Part shown: positions 11,197 through 23,800 of the stretch, piece after piece
Position numbering within the stretch: the first letter of the stretch is position 1
Layout of the letters: each line of letters begins with the position of its first letter
Assembly (NCBI RefSeq): GCF_036321535.1
Contig: NC_087436.1
Location: 46,378,001 to 46,442,000, forward strand
Source of the DNA: Camelus dromedarius
Lineage: Eukaryota
Direction of reading: 5' to 3'
Length of the DNA: 64,000 bases
Made by a program: the position numbers and the translations under genes
The notes under the pieces: model-generated
What the model was told of the DNA's origin: nothing
Database searches by the model: none
The model's input: only the letters and a program-made list of their open reading frames with translations

Positions 11197-12519
11197 GTAA
11201 GTATATTTGCTGCATTTTGGCTCTTCTACGTTAATCAGGATCACGTATGTTAAAACTTTGTTAAAACATCAAAATATGGTTATATTCCAATTATGAAAAT
11301 GTTGCTGACCTTTTAAGAGTATTTGACTTTGGGGAATTATTTTTTGAATACACTATTTTGTGGTCATTTGATATGTTGGAGTACAGTATGTATCAATTTA
11401 AAAAAAACTTCTATTTTTAATACGATCACAAACAAATTACTCTCTTGGGAATTTTGGAATAACTTATGAAGCTCCTGATATTAAATTCTTTTCTTGGAAT
11501 TCTGAGGTTTCTTTGGGAGCAAACCTCCGAGATCTTTCACACTTCTTTTTTCATCTGTTTAAGCTTGTATCTGAAATATTTGCATTTGCCAGTCTATCAA
11601 ATGTAGATGGCAACATGATCATGGAAGTGATACCCCCAGTGGGCTTGGTCCAGCACTCCCTCCATAAGCAACACTCCCTTTGAAGTCCCTTGGAGTTTTG
11701 CCTGCATAAAGAGCTTGAGTTGGATCCCTTGGAGAGCTGCACTTTTTTCTTTCCTTGAATAGGTCATAGCTGCAACATTCCAGTCTGCTTTGCACTCACA
11801 GGAACAGATTATCTTGTCAGCTTTGAGTTAGATGTGTTTTTGAGTAATATCCTGGATATCTGTTGTCTGACCCCAGTGCTGCACTGTGCACTATATGTTT
11901 ACGGTAGCGATGATCATTGGCCTTAAGATATTTTCTCATCCCAAATAGCCAGTTTGCTCCAGGGTTCACAGATTCCATATTGGCAACTTATCTAACAGGC
12001 CAGCATGAGGGAGAGGGGCTTAGCATATACTCGTTTACTTTATTCAGAGGAAGCATTGGCTTCCAAATATCTTTCGCAGTCTTCCTGCCACATTCAAGGA
12101 TGGAACATAAATCATGTTGGAAATGACTTTGCTTCTGTAACTGACTTTCAGCTCTTGCTTAATGCTAGGCAGGTGGCATGCCCCAGGTCTAGGGGCCTTA
12201 TTCTTTGACTTCATATTTAAGCCTCTGTTTTTAAAACTGGAAACAAACCACCACTACTCAGAGGAAACTCTAGAGATTACATCCAGAATAGAGTGTTTGA
12301 GGCTTCTTTTTGTGGATGTAAGTATTAGGCAGGCCAAGAGGTAGTTAAATCCATTTCTGTCTTATGATGATGTTCAGGATTCTAGTATTTCCTCTCTGGC
12401 CCTTCACAAGTTTAGACAACCATATGGCTCTTGCTTTTGGGGGGGGCATCTATTAGTGCAGGTTCTCTACATAGAAGATTTCAGTTGTTCTGCATTTTTT
12501 ATTGGATATTAAAAAAGAG

Positions 12520-12745
12520 GACTAATATGTTTTATGCCCCTAAGCAATATTCCAGGCACTTTACGTACATGTATATTTATTTTGTCTCACAACAACCTTC
12601 TGATACTACCATTCCCATTGTTCAATGTGAAAACTGAGGCTCAAAGATGCTAATTATCAATGGTTACACAGCTAAAGAGACTTTGCAGAGTTGAAATTCA
12701 GTTAGGTATATGTGATTCTAAATGCCTTCTGCTTACCACATTATC
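12520..12745 (-). mobile_element. MIR SINE
   Basis: CCAGGCACTTTAC...CTCACAACAACC...TGAAAACTGAGGCTCAAAGA MIR core. Confidence 0.75.
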
Positions 12746-12829
12746 CATCATCCTTGAAATCATAAGTATATTATAACATGGATAGATGTTGCACAGATTT
12801 GGCAGATCATGGGTCAAATCGTATTTCTT

Positions 12830-12909
12830 TCTTTTTTTTTTTTTTGATTGAAGTATAGTTAATTTATAATATTACATTAGCTTCAGGGGTACAACATAGT
12901 GATTCAATA
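12830..12909 (-). mobile_element. Very short 5'-truncated L1 3' end with 16-bp TSD
   Basis: poly-T plus ATTGAAGTATAGTTAATTTATAATATT...ACAACATAGTGATTCA, flanked by tcaaatc(g/a)tatttctt at 12814-12829 and 12910-12925. Confidence 0.85.
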
Positions 12910-15254
12910 TCAAATCATATTTCTTGATATAAATAATTACATATAGTAAAAGCATGACAAAAAAATGTAAAATGGCTAATTTATACAACAAGAATTAGTA
13001 ATATAGCATTTCAATTGCATTTTAAGGAAGTTATAATGTGTTTAGCAAATTGCATCAAATCCAAGAAATAAGCTTTAATTATGAGTTTTAATACTGACTA
13101 AAAGATAATTCAGGTTGCTCACATTTGTTAAGGTAAAAAATCATTGATTGTGAAAAAGAGAAAAAATTTATATTGATTGTGCTACCTTTACTAATACAAT
13201 GGAATCTTACCATGGTTCTTGTGACCCCACGTACATCATGGGAGCCCTTCTGGATGAAATACTTTGTATTGAAATCCTCTTAAGCCTTCAGTTTCTAGAC
13301 CTCTGTATATGATTTTCAAGAAGTATTTGCTTTTCATAGAACCTTGCTTTAGAGTAGGTGGCTTCATAAAATATTTCCACTATATTTCTTGCATCTGAAT
13401 AGAAATGAATAAACTGTGGTGTTATTATGATTAAATAGATTGATCAATTTTATATTTATTTAGATGCAATATCCAATTTTTGACAATTGTAACTTTCAGT
13501 GACTGTAGTCCTCTTATTTTTAGCATCATTTAATTTTATGTGTATTTTTCCTTCCACTGTTTCCCCATAAACTAAAATGGGAATGTTTCTATAGTTTTAT
13601 TTTTAGAAAATTTTATTTCCCTAAGTTTATGTTTAGCAAAAATGTTTATCTCTACAAGATATGTCATGGTTCTTGGCTTATCAACGCTTATGTGGCCATT
13701 TTAAATGGCCATTGCCCTTGCCTCCATTCTGTAAATTAAATGTAAATGTACAAAGGTAGTCTAAGAAGTTAAATAGTCTTGCTTCTGATGAGCAATCCAT
13801 GGCATAGAATCTGTATCAAGTAAATCTTGCCAACTTCCTTCCAACCATGAGCTTCTGTGGTCTTGTGGTTTCACATGTGCAGAAAGATTGTGAAGTATAA
13901 CCTTGTTGTCCTGATGTATATTTTCTTGTCATTCACTTTCACTTTGTTGTGAAATGTGCTCAATAGTGCAAAAGACAGCATTAGGGCACTCATTACAACA
14001 AACAAACCAATGAAAGACTGGTTTTCCCTGAGGGACAATAGCAGATCTCTTTGGTCACTGAGAGTCACCTTTTTTCATTTTCCTCCTGAAGTAATACTCT
14101 CAAATAAGATTAAAGAAGGAAAAACACTTAATAATAAAATGTAATTTAGGAACCTTACATTTACATCTTTATTTGATATATTTTGGAAAACTTGGCTGTA
14201 TCACACTAGAATTATTTGTAGCTACATTGTTACTGTTGTCAGTTTCTGTGTCTCGCATATTGAGATCATTTATAATTTAAAACTTGAAATACAACTTGAA
14301 TTAGATCACACATATCGATTTACTCTTTAGGAAGCTGTTCAGCTTATTACTCAGCCTTATCCATTTTGACAAAAAGGTATTGCTACCACAGGAGGCTTTG
14401 CCGTAAATGGCCACAATGGAGCAATTTTATGATAATGTATGTAATTTATTTCTATGTGAATATCAGGTATTTTTTTTCTATTTTCTTTCTCATAAAAGTA
14501 ATACGTATTAAAACACTTCTCTAAAGAAATCCATGCAAGTGCTTTGTGCGCCTAGCTTGGATTTCACAAATGTATTTGCTCAGATGATTTGCCTGATTGT
14601 TGTGTTACCTGACTCCAGATGGCGTGAAATTGTACCTTCTATTCTAGATATCTTAAAAACACATTTGTGTTTCAAAAACATGAAAAGAGCATGAGCAAAA
14701 GTTACAAAATGGCTTCAGGATTTTTAGAAGTAGGAAATGTTGCATTAGTTTTAACCTTTTTAAGAGTCGGCGAGGGATGCACTCTCTCTGTCCTTTTGTC
14801 CCCAAAGGAGGTACCATTCTAATATTCATAGGTAACAGAATCGAATAAGTCCTATAACTGTAGCCACAACAGAGTCAGGAGATCTGTTTTACCTGGCTTT
14901 TTATTTGAATCAATCTATTGAGCCCTATAATTGTGCTTGACTGACAGAGATATGATGTTATTGTTGGTAGTGTAGAACCCTCCGAGGTGTGAAATACGAT
15001 GCCGTTGGGCAGCCTGTTCTGTTCCATCCACCTTCAACCATTGTCAGCTCGATTTGAAGCCCAGAATCTTGCTGACAGATGAGTGAAGCAGCCTTAGCCA
15101 AGTTAAGCTTACAATGCTCTTTCTGCCAATGTGGTAGATGAATTAGGAAAAGAAGTCTCTGTAGAACTTTTAGATGAGAAACTCTGATATTGTTAACTTC
15201 TTATTGAAATGAACAGTATGACTTTTAAGTCAATAGTAAGTCTTTTCCAGATAT

Positions 15255-15470
15255 ATTAATAACTACAATTTGCAGTAACTGCCTAAGATGTGTCATTTTA
15301 TATACTAATTCTCATACCAGGCCTGTGAACTGGATATATTATACGCATTTTACAGAGGAGGAAACCGAAGGTTAAGCAGGTCAAGTAAGTTAGCCCAAGA
15401 ATTGTATTTAGTAGGAGGCAGAATCAGAACTTGAAGCCAGGTCTGCTGCTCTTCAAAGCCCATCTCCCCC
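15255..15470 (-). mobile_element. MIR SINE
   Basis: CATTTTACAGAGGAGGAAACCGAAGGTTAAGCAGGTCAAGTAAGTTAGCCCAAG...GAAGCCAGGTCTG. Confidence 0.8.
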
Positions 15471-16496
15471 CATATTCCTACAAGATATTTTTTAGACAAG
15501 TAAGCTTTAAGTGTCACCACCTTCTTTGCAGGTATCTTCTTTGTTGTGTCATCTCCTACCTTCTATTATCGAAGGTTCACTTTAGGCTTTTCTTAGTTAT
15601 CTGGAGATCTTATATCTTATATGTTCTCTTTCTTACCACTGCTTACTCAAAACAAACTTATAAATCATCTAATTCTCATCTAACAGCAGTAAATTGTGTG
15701 GAGGTGTGAGCTTTGGCTCTTGGGCTGAGAAAACTGACCATGAAATTGTAATGGTGTTTTTCAGCAAATGTTCCTTTAATTGCTTTTGTTATAGTCTTGC
15801 TTAATTATTAAAATATTTTGATTTTTATTTGGGCTCAAAGAGGATACTTCTGAATGTGGGGTTACACTTATTTTTTCTATGATAATGGGATATCATTGCT
15901 GACACAGGGCACAAATCACTTATCTTGTAGGAAATGATATCACTACAGAATGCCAGGATGGCTCAATAAATTCAGATCTGGTTACTGTAACAAACCAAAT
16001 AAACAGACTAAACAAACCTGGAGAATTAATTTGTGTTTAATGGCTGTTTGGGGACAGAGTTATAATAAGGTTACCATAGGCTGTCACAGATGGGTAGTTC
16101 ATTTTGGGACCCTACGCACAGGTCTGTCTCCTGTAACAAAAGGTAGAAAAAGAGACATAACCATAATTCTTACGTAGAATAGATTCTCCAGTGTCTTTTC
16201 ATGTCTTCTGTTTTGAGTGGTTCAAGCTGCCATGTTTGAAGAGGGAGCGTGTGTTCAGTGGCTATTTGTTTCGATGCTTCCTCTGATATTGTTTACATAG
16301 ATTTAGTGCCAGAGAGCAGAACTTTGGAATTCTTGACAGGGCAGAGTAATGAGTAAAGAACCCCAAAATTGAGATAAATAAAGGTGTTAAAGTAAAACAA
16401 GAGAAAAAAAAAGGAGGAGAAGAACAAGATATACAAAAATATTGACAATATATTTTTTGCAAGATTATTTTTTCTTGTGGTCTATTTCTGGATACC

Positions 16497-16900
16497 ATCT
16501 GTTTTAGAATAATGTTAGCTGTTATAACAGACAAACTCTGAGATGTTAGTGGCTTACCACAAGAGATATTTATTTCTTATACATGGTGAAGGGCAAGGGT
16601 TCTTGAAGGGATCCAGACTCACAGAGACTCTCCATCTTTCATATGTGTGCTCTGAGGTTACCCTGGGCAGAGGCATTCAGCCATCAGATAAGAGAAATAA
16701 AGATAATGGTCAGGTGGGAGGATTTTTTTTCCATCAGTGCTAGGAGTACAAGATTTTATGGTTTATATCACTTCTGACCACATTCCTTTGGCAAATGTCA
16801 AGTCACATTTTCACACCAAACTGCAAGGGTGAAAGAGAAATGTAGCTGTGGGCTCAGAAGGAAAAGTAAGCAGAGTTGGTGAACAGCCAATCCCTGCGGC
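16497..16900 (-). mobile_element. MLT1-type (MaLR) solo LTR
   Basis: TTAGCTGTTATAACAGAC...AGTGGCTTA...TATTTATTTCT and CACTTCTGACCACATTCCTTTGGC...AGTCACAT...AACTGCAAGGG, typical old MLT1J/K/L motifs. Confidence 0.75.
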
Positions 16901-18647
16901 TCTGTCTGGAAACAATTCCTTAAGAAATAGAAAGAACTAGAAATCCCTGGAGAGATGTACATAGGTATGTCACTTGGGGAATAATGTGACCTTTGTCCTA
17001 TTGCAAAATTTTAGAGAAGACAAATTTCATCAAAACTATTATCACTAGAAACTTTGAACAGAAAAAGAAAAAGGAAGAGAACTGTTTTTTCAAAAGAGCA
17101 ACATAAAAGTTAGGGGGTGTTTTGTAAGAAGAACAGGGTGTTACTACCTGGCCATGAGCCCCAGGCCTTCCTAGGTTACTTCATAATTTTATTGATAATG
17201 AAAGGTTTTTATCTTTAAGCACTTATAATATCTTTAAGCACCAACAGACACTGTTGTGTCTTTCTCTTTCTTCTTACTGTTTCTCATGCCACTCAGTAAC
17301 TTCATTACCTTGTCCCAGGATGACTTTCTCAACTAGGAACAATTCTGGTTACCTGTCTTGTTTCATATTCCCAGTTGTCTCACATGAAAGTTTACTTTTT
17401 AGTAGTGCTTTTGTGAAAAAATGACATACTTTGAGAGCCACTTTTATAAGGCTTGAAGAGTGAGCAACTGCCATTCTTGTGGTGGGAAACCTGATTAAAC
17501 CCAAAAAGTAAGAGTTTAGGGATGTATCCTCTCTCTTCCAAAGATTCTTAGAGAATGAAATAAGGGTGAGCTTAGGAAGTATTTCTTTTTAGACTAAAAC
17601 AGTAACAAAACAGGTAGCACTAGGCAGTCAGAATTATTAAAAAGGAACCTCTCGGTTTTAAAGTCTTTGGGTTGCTGATTGGATACCTGCATATTTTTCT
17701 AATATCCAGTCTACAAACAAATGGGGTGTCATGTCACTTCTTCCTGCTTGACTTTCTTCTGACCAAAATACTTAGTTGTGTGGCTGAATTCCTAGCACTG
17801 TCTGCTTATGCAGAGCTGTAATGCCTTATGGGACAAATTAGAGAAGTAATTATATGACTTCTGTGAGTTTGTGAGGCAATAACTAGGCATAGTCGAGAAA
17901 ACCACTCTAAAATAAAGTGCTATGAGGAAGCAGTTTGGACACATTTCTGAATATTAATGTTTTGAACAAGGTCAAATGAGTGGCTTAAGTGTACATTATT
18001 GTTTCCTCATGAATGGCTAAGCATTTAGTAATCTTTAACAGTACATGATTGCAGAGAAGACCTCACTGTCCCCATTCTTCCAAACTAGCTACTTAAAATG
18101 CTATGATCTCCTCTTACACAATGAGTGACTGCTGCTTAATTTCTGATCATGTGGTCACCATGTCATTGGCCTACATTTGGCCTAAGTTAGGTAAGTGACT
18201 TGTCTGATTTGAATTGGGTCCTGGACTATAATATAGAAATAATTCCCTCCTTTAGTTATTAAATTAACTTTAGTTCTTGCTTTGATGTAATTAAAAAAGA
18301 CAACAAACCCTGGAATCTAAAGTGTCCCAGGTTACCAAGATGTTCTTACTGGGTTATTTTTTCAGTCATTATGAAAGATATTTCTAATACACTTTTTATC
18401 TTCACAGTCCTAGTGCTTTCTTAAGTTTTACTTAGGGTTAAATAAAATAAAACTTCTTGTTTTCTTATTTGCTAATACTCTTAGTCTCAAAAAAATTCTA
18501 TGTATATTGTGTTTCTGTAGAATGTGTTATTAGAAAGTATTTCTGTATGCTTAAGGAAATGAATAAAGGATGGAATCATGGGACGTAGACTCAGGAGGGA
18601 TTTTAAAGGGTTAATAATTAGTTCATACAGTTATTTAAAGTAGCGCC

Positions 18648-20470
18648 CATTCATTCACTGATTTATTCATCAAACTTATATTGAGTGTCTTATATGTACC
18701 ATGCCCTCTGCTATATATGATGGGGTTAAATAGCAAGTAAACAGCCACTGTCTTCAAAGACTTTAAAGTCTAGTGGGAACAAAATGAAACAAAACAAAAG
18801 CAATCTTATGTGTGAAGTATGCTCAGGATGTGTCAAAGTACAATGGGAGAACAATAGAGGGATAGATCATCCAGATTTGGATGGGGAGTGGATCCAGATG
18901 CTTCTGGATCTGAGGTAGGTTGTTGAAGTGATTAGCAGATCAGGCTATTCATCTCATTGAGATGAACCTTCCTATCCACCACCCCAACTCCCACTTAAGA
19001 GTTTATCATTTAGGAAGTAGGTGGAAAAATTGGAGCCCTTAAGGGAAACTGAAATGAAGAGTGTGGAGAGGTAGAAGAAGAATTAGGGAACATTACTGTC
19101 ATGGGAGACTAGGAGGAAAAAGTCTCAAAATGTAGAGAGTGGGAAATAGTGTCAAATACTGCCAGTTGGCAAATAGGATAAAGACTGAGATGTGCCTGCT
19201 GTATTTGCAATAAAAAGGGCCCTGGTGCTGTTTTTCAGAGCATCCTCATGCACATTAATTAACATTGCTTTGTTCCTTGACTGTGGTAGCCAGGGTAGGT
19301 AAAAAGGATGTAAAACAAATCAACCACCACTGGAAAATGCATGCATCCTCAGAACAGCACATTTTATTGAAACGTCTCTTTTGATTATTCCCACAGTGAG
19401 AACTAAGAAGTCTAGCATTTGAATGAAAGGTGCACACAATGACAAGTTGCACCTTGCAGCTTGTGAGCAAAAAGGGAGGTCTCCCATTTAGTTTTTCCCT
19501 CTCTCCTTTCTTTCATTTCTTAAATTATTAAAATATATATATATTATATATAGTCTCTGTCTCAGACAGCTTCCAATCTGGTTGAAGAGGGAAGTCTTCA
19601 CCTATGTTTACTATTTATTAGTAATACAAGTCATGTTATGCTTAAATGTCAAATGAATGAGCCAGATAGTCACAGCACTGGTTCAGAAAGAGGAAGTTTC
19701 ATTAAACATATGATTGGCTAGGAAAATTGGAACTCGAGCTGAGACTTGAGCCATGGGAAATAACTGGATCAGTGAAGAGGAAGAGGATGGCCTGAGAGAT
19801 GGTATGCAGCCACTGGAGAGGCCAAGATGTCTGGAGTGGAAGACTCCTGATAGAAGAAGTAAAAGTTATCCTGGGAGATTGATCAGGATTCCACATGATG
19901 AGCCTTGATTGCCAGTCTGAGCAGTTTAAATTTTACTTGTAATAGGAAAAACAGTGGGCAGTCAGAAAGCAATAAATGAACGCCTATTTAGACTGATTGG
20001 TCTGAGAGTGATTTGGAGGATAGCTGCTGGAGGAAACATGAAGATAGTCTGGGCTGGACTAAAGGCATGCCCAAAATGGGCTCCATCTGAGAAAAGTTAC
20101 CAAGTAAATGTTATAGGGTTTATAGAGTGGATATGAGGAGTAAACCAGAGGAGAAGGGAAGAATGAGTCTACAGTGAAGATAGAGTTGGACGCTGCAGGA
20201 GCAGCAATTTGAAAAAGAAGACTTTTAGCGGGGGAAAGATTTAAGTGTGGAGTATTTTGAGTTTGAGTTACTGGTAAGATATCTAAGTGGAGATGTTTAT
20301 TGACTTGGAAAGATACCAAACTCTTCTTTCTGGGATCAAAAATGATTATTCACTTGGGGCAATATTCTCTCTACTCTGTATTGCCGGTGTAGCTGGAGTG
20401 TAGATGCTCCTGCAAAATGGCAAACAAGAGAAAGACTGAAAAGAATCCACTGGATTTTCCAGTAAAGACA
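18648..20470 (-). mobile_element. Fragmented L2 LINE
   Basis: CATTCATTCACTGATTTATTCATCAAAC...TTGAGTGTC (L2 3' end), AAAGACTGAGA, and AATCCACTGGATTT...AAGAC L2 motifs, with interruptions. Confidence 0.6.
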
Positions 20471-20481
20471 ACTTCGGTGAT

Positions 20482-20850
20482 TGCATCAGTTAGCATTCTC
20501 CAGAGAAGCAAAACCAATAGATAGTTGCAGAGAGAGAGCTTTATTTTAGGGAATTGGCTCACACGATGTTGGGGGCTGGTAAGTTTGAAATCTGTAGGGC
20601 AGGCCAGTGGGCTGGAAACTGAGACAGAGTTTCTGTATTACAGTCTTGAGGCAAAATTACTTTCCTCTCTTCATCTGCTTGGATGAAGCCACCCCATATT
20701 ATTGAGGGTAATCTGCTTTACTTAGAGTCAACTGATTGTAAATGTCAACCACATCTGTAAAATGTTGTTACAGCAACATCTTGAGTAGCTTTTGAATTAA
20801 ACAACCAGGCAACATAGCTTAGCCATGTCGACACAAAATTAACCATCTCA
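20482..20850 (-). mobile_element. MLT2 (ERVL) solo LTR
   Basis: TTCTCCAGAGAAGCAAAACCAATAG...GGAATTGGCTCACACGAT...GAAATCTGTAGGGCAGGCC...GAGGGTAATCTGCTTTACT...GACACAAAATTAACCATCTCA. Confidence 0.88.
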
Positions 20851-23800
20851 GTGTTGTTTTCAAATAAGCACTTCTTCAGATCCCTGCCAAGCATGAGCGG
20901 GTATCCCCTCACACTCATCCTTTATTGCTGTCTCCTTTCTTCTCTATAAATCCTTTCTCCTTTGTCCCTTTCCTTGATTCAGTTTTTATGTTCTGTATCT
21001 AGCCTTAAACCTTTGGCTGCAATGTGTAAATACACATCCTTCACTTGACAAGCATTCTTGGCTAATAATTTTGTAATATATTTGATCGGAAGTTAGAGAT
21101 CAAAAGCCCTTTCATATAGATCATTTATTGCAGCAATCCTGTGAAGGAGGCAGGGCTAAGAGGATTGCTCTGGTTTGCTTACTAGCTATAAGAGAAAAAG
21201 GAAGTGATGTATTTGAATTTCATGGCTCACAAGTGGTACGTGGGCAGCACTAAGTTCTAGAATGCTTATATTTGTTCTTTCTGTAGTAAATAAATACAGG
21301 CCTGAAAACTTTTAGAGAAAAAAAGAAAGAGAGTCTCCTACTTGACACATTTGAGGATGAAACGCCTATGAGCAACACTGGCATTCAGAAGCTATGTTAA
21401 GGAAAGCATTTGGTGATAACATTTCTGCTGCCCAGAGCCCTCATCCACATTGAGGGAAAGGACGAAAATGGAGCAGCACGGGCTGGCCAGGGACTGAGCA
21501 GAGCAGGAGTCAGGAGGTCCAGGAGAGGCAGCCTGGGCTGCAGACCAATCCAGAGGCAGGAGGCTTGCTCTTCCGAATCACAGCCCCACTGTGATCTCTC
21601 TTCCTCCTAGCTTTTGACCGGTCACATTTTACAGTGTCCTGTGCCAGGAGAGTAGACATAGAACACTGAGGAATCTACACAAAGCAGCTGAGTCACCACT
21701 TCCTTCTATTAATAAACAGATGAAATCCATATTTGTGTAGCTAACCCACAGAAAAGAAAGGAGAATGTTTGGCAGGCACAGTAGAAACCCAATCTGAAAA
21801 CTACAAATTTAAAAACAATTATTTTAAATTTCATATCACAAACTTCCCTTTGGAAGCTTCCGTTAGCTACATCTCTGTTAGGATTGTCCTCTGGGAGTAG
21901 AAATATAAGCACCCCAGAGCTTTGTGCTGCCCAGAGCCATGGATTTTAGAGGACACATGAAAGCATACTTTCGTCCTGAACTACAGCAGACACAGTCTTT
22001 TGTTCTGACATATCATTTCATTCAACAGCAGTAGACACACATACTTAGTCTCTTGATTTGCAGTTTGGGGAACAATTTCAACTTGCTCCCTCCCAGAGCA
22101 CATTATTAACAACCAATTGGCATACAGTTTCAGACTTTTTCACAGGTGAGAGTGAAAATTGAAAGCGTGGATTAGAGGGTTCTCTGCAGGCAGCCTGGAT
22201 AATTTATTGCCCTTCTGTTGTAAAGGCTGAACGTGTATGTCTTTCACCATATATAGCCTTTCATTTAGACTCCTAATCAATGGTAAAGAATAAGAGCTGG
22301 TTTTTAAAAACCATCCCTTGGAGTGGAACTAATCAGCTTGTGGTTTCCCTTCAGGTAGTCTGACCATTATCCATATGCCCTACGTATCCTCCGATAGGAA
22401 ATGACCTAAACTTCCACTTCCAGTTGTGTGGATTATTTGCCCTGATGGACCCCCTCCATCTCCATCCAACCCTCTAGTTTGCATATTAAAGTTAAGCCTC
22501 TAATCATTGAATCTTCATGTCTGGAAAGTTGATCTTGCTTTGCCATTGCATACAAACTTACTTTGTACCTTACACGCATGAGTTGAAAAGAAACTATTTT
22601 TGGATTCTTGTATTGTTTACCAGTTTGAAAGTTGTGTGAAAGATGAGGATTTATTCCTTTGCCTGACTAGATCCCCTGGGTTTTATTTGTTAAGAATGTT
22701 ATTTTCCCATAGGCATTAACTTCCCCATTTAGAAGGAAAAAATACTTATTTTAGCTTTAGTTTGGTGATGTTAATAGAGTTTAGGGGGAAAGACTTTGAA
22801 GAGCATAAACAAATTGATGGCAATTTCAGATTGTTGGAACATTTTGAACAAAATGGAAAGTTGCTTGACTTTCTATCAAAAATCATAATTTGTAAGAAAT
22901 TCAGTACAGAAATTATATATTCCTATAATATGATGTTTCCTATGTGTGTATATTTAATCCAAACCACAAGGCAAATGAATTTGGATTGGGAAACCTTGTC
23001 CTATTAATCATTGTAGGGCAGGGAAGCTTTTATTTTGTCATTAAAAAGTATCATTAAAGAGTAGGCAATTTCATTCTTACTCATTTCTATAGCTTCCAAT
23101 ACTTTCTAAAAACTCTAATAACTAGAGCACCTGGATCATTTTCTAGGCTTGTGTTCTGTTAAAAATAAATTAAATAGAAAGCTTGCATTTATGTAAATTA
23201 TTGAAAATTGACCTGAATTATCTGTCTGTAGTAGTAGGAACTCAACCTATTGCCCTAAAGTACAGTGATTACCAAGGTGTGACCTACTCTCGTACTTCCA
23301 GTTATTTATAATATCCTTATTCTATTGTCAGTAGATTAGACTCCACGGACAATATAAGAATTTCTTTGGAGAAGAGTTTTGATAACAGTCAGAGGGGATG
23401 GTTATATCAGAATGTTTCTGTCTGGGGACTGGAAGTCAGCAGCATTGCAGGTGTGAAATGTTTCCTTGCTGTATCCTGCTTTGCTCGCCTACAGTAGCTG
23501 CAGCAGGTGGCTTACTATTAAAATCAGCATGATAAATCTCTTAGAAAATGACATTTCTTTTGTTATGTATTTGTTCCCTCCTTGTCTCACCCTGTGCTGG
23601 CTAGCCTTTTAAATACCTTAGGTTACCAAGAATGGTATCTAAATAGTATCTTAAATTACAGATCTTCAAACTTCTTACTTTTAAACTGTAACCAAAGGTA
23701 GTTGAATGTTTGGTTTTATCCAACAAAGGCATCATCATATGAAGCCCAGTAAATGAATATTTGTACTTACTAAAACTAGTTCCTTGTCTAACATCCAAAT

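Noticed and set aside
13693..13711. Palindrome TGGCCATTT-T-AAATGGCCA
   Set aside because: Short and isolated; expected by chance in 64 kb.
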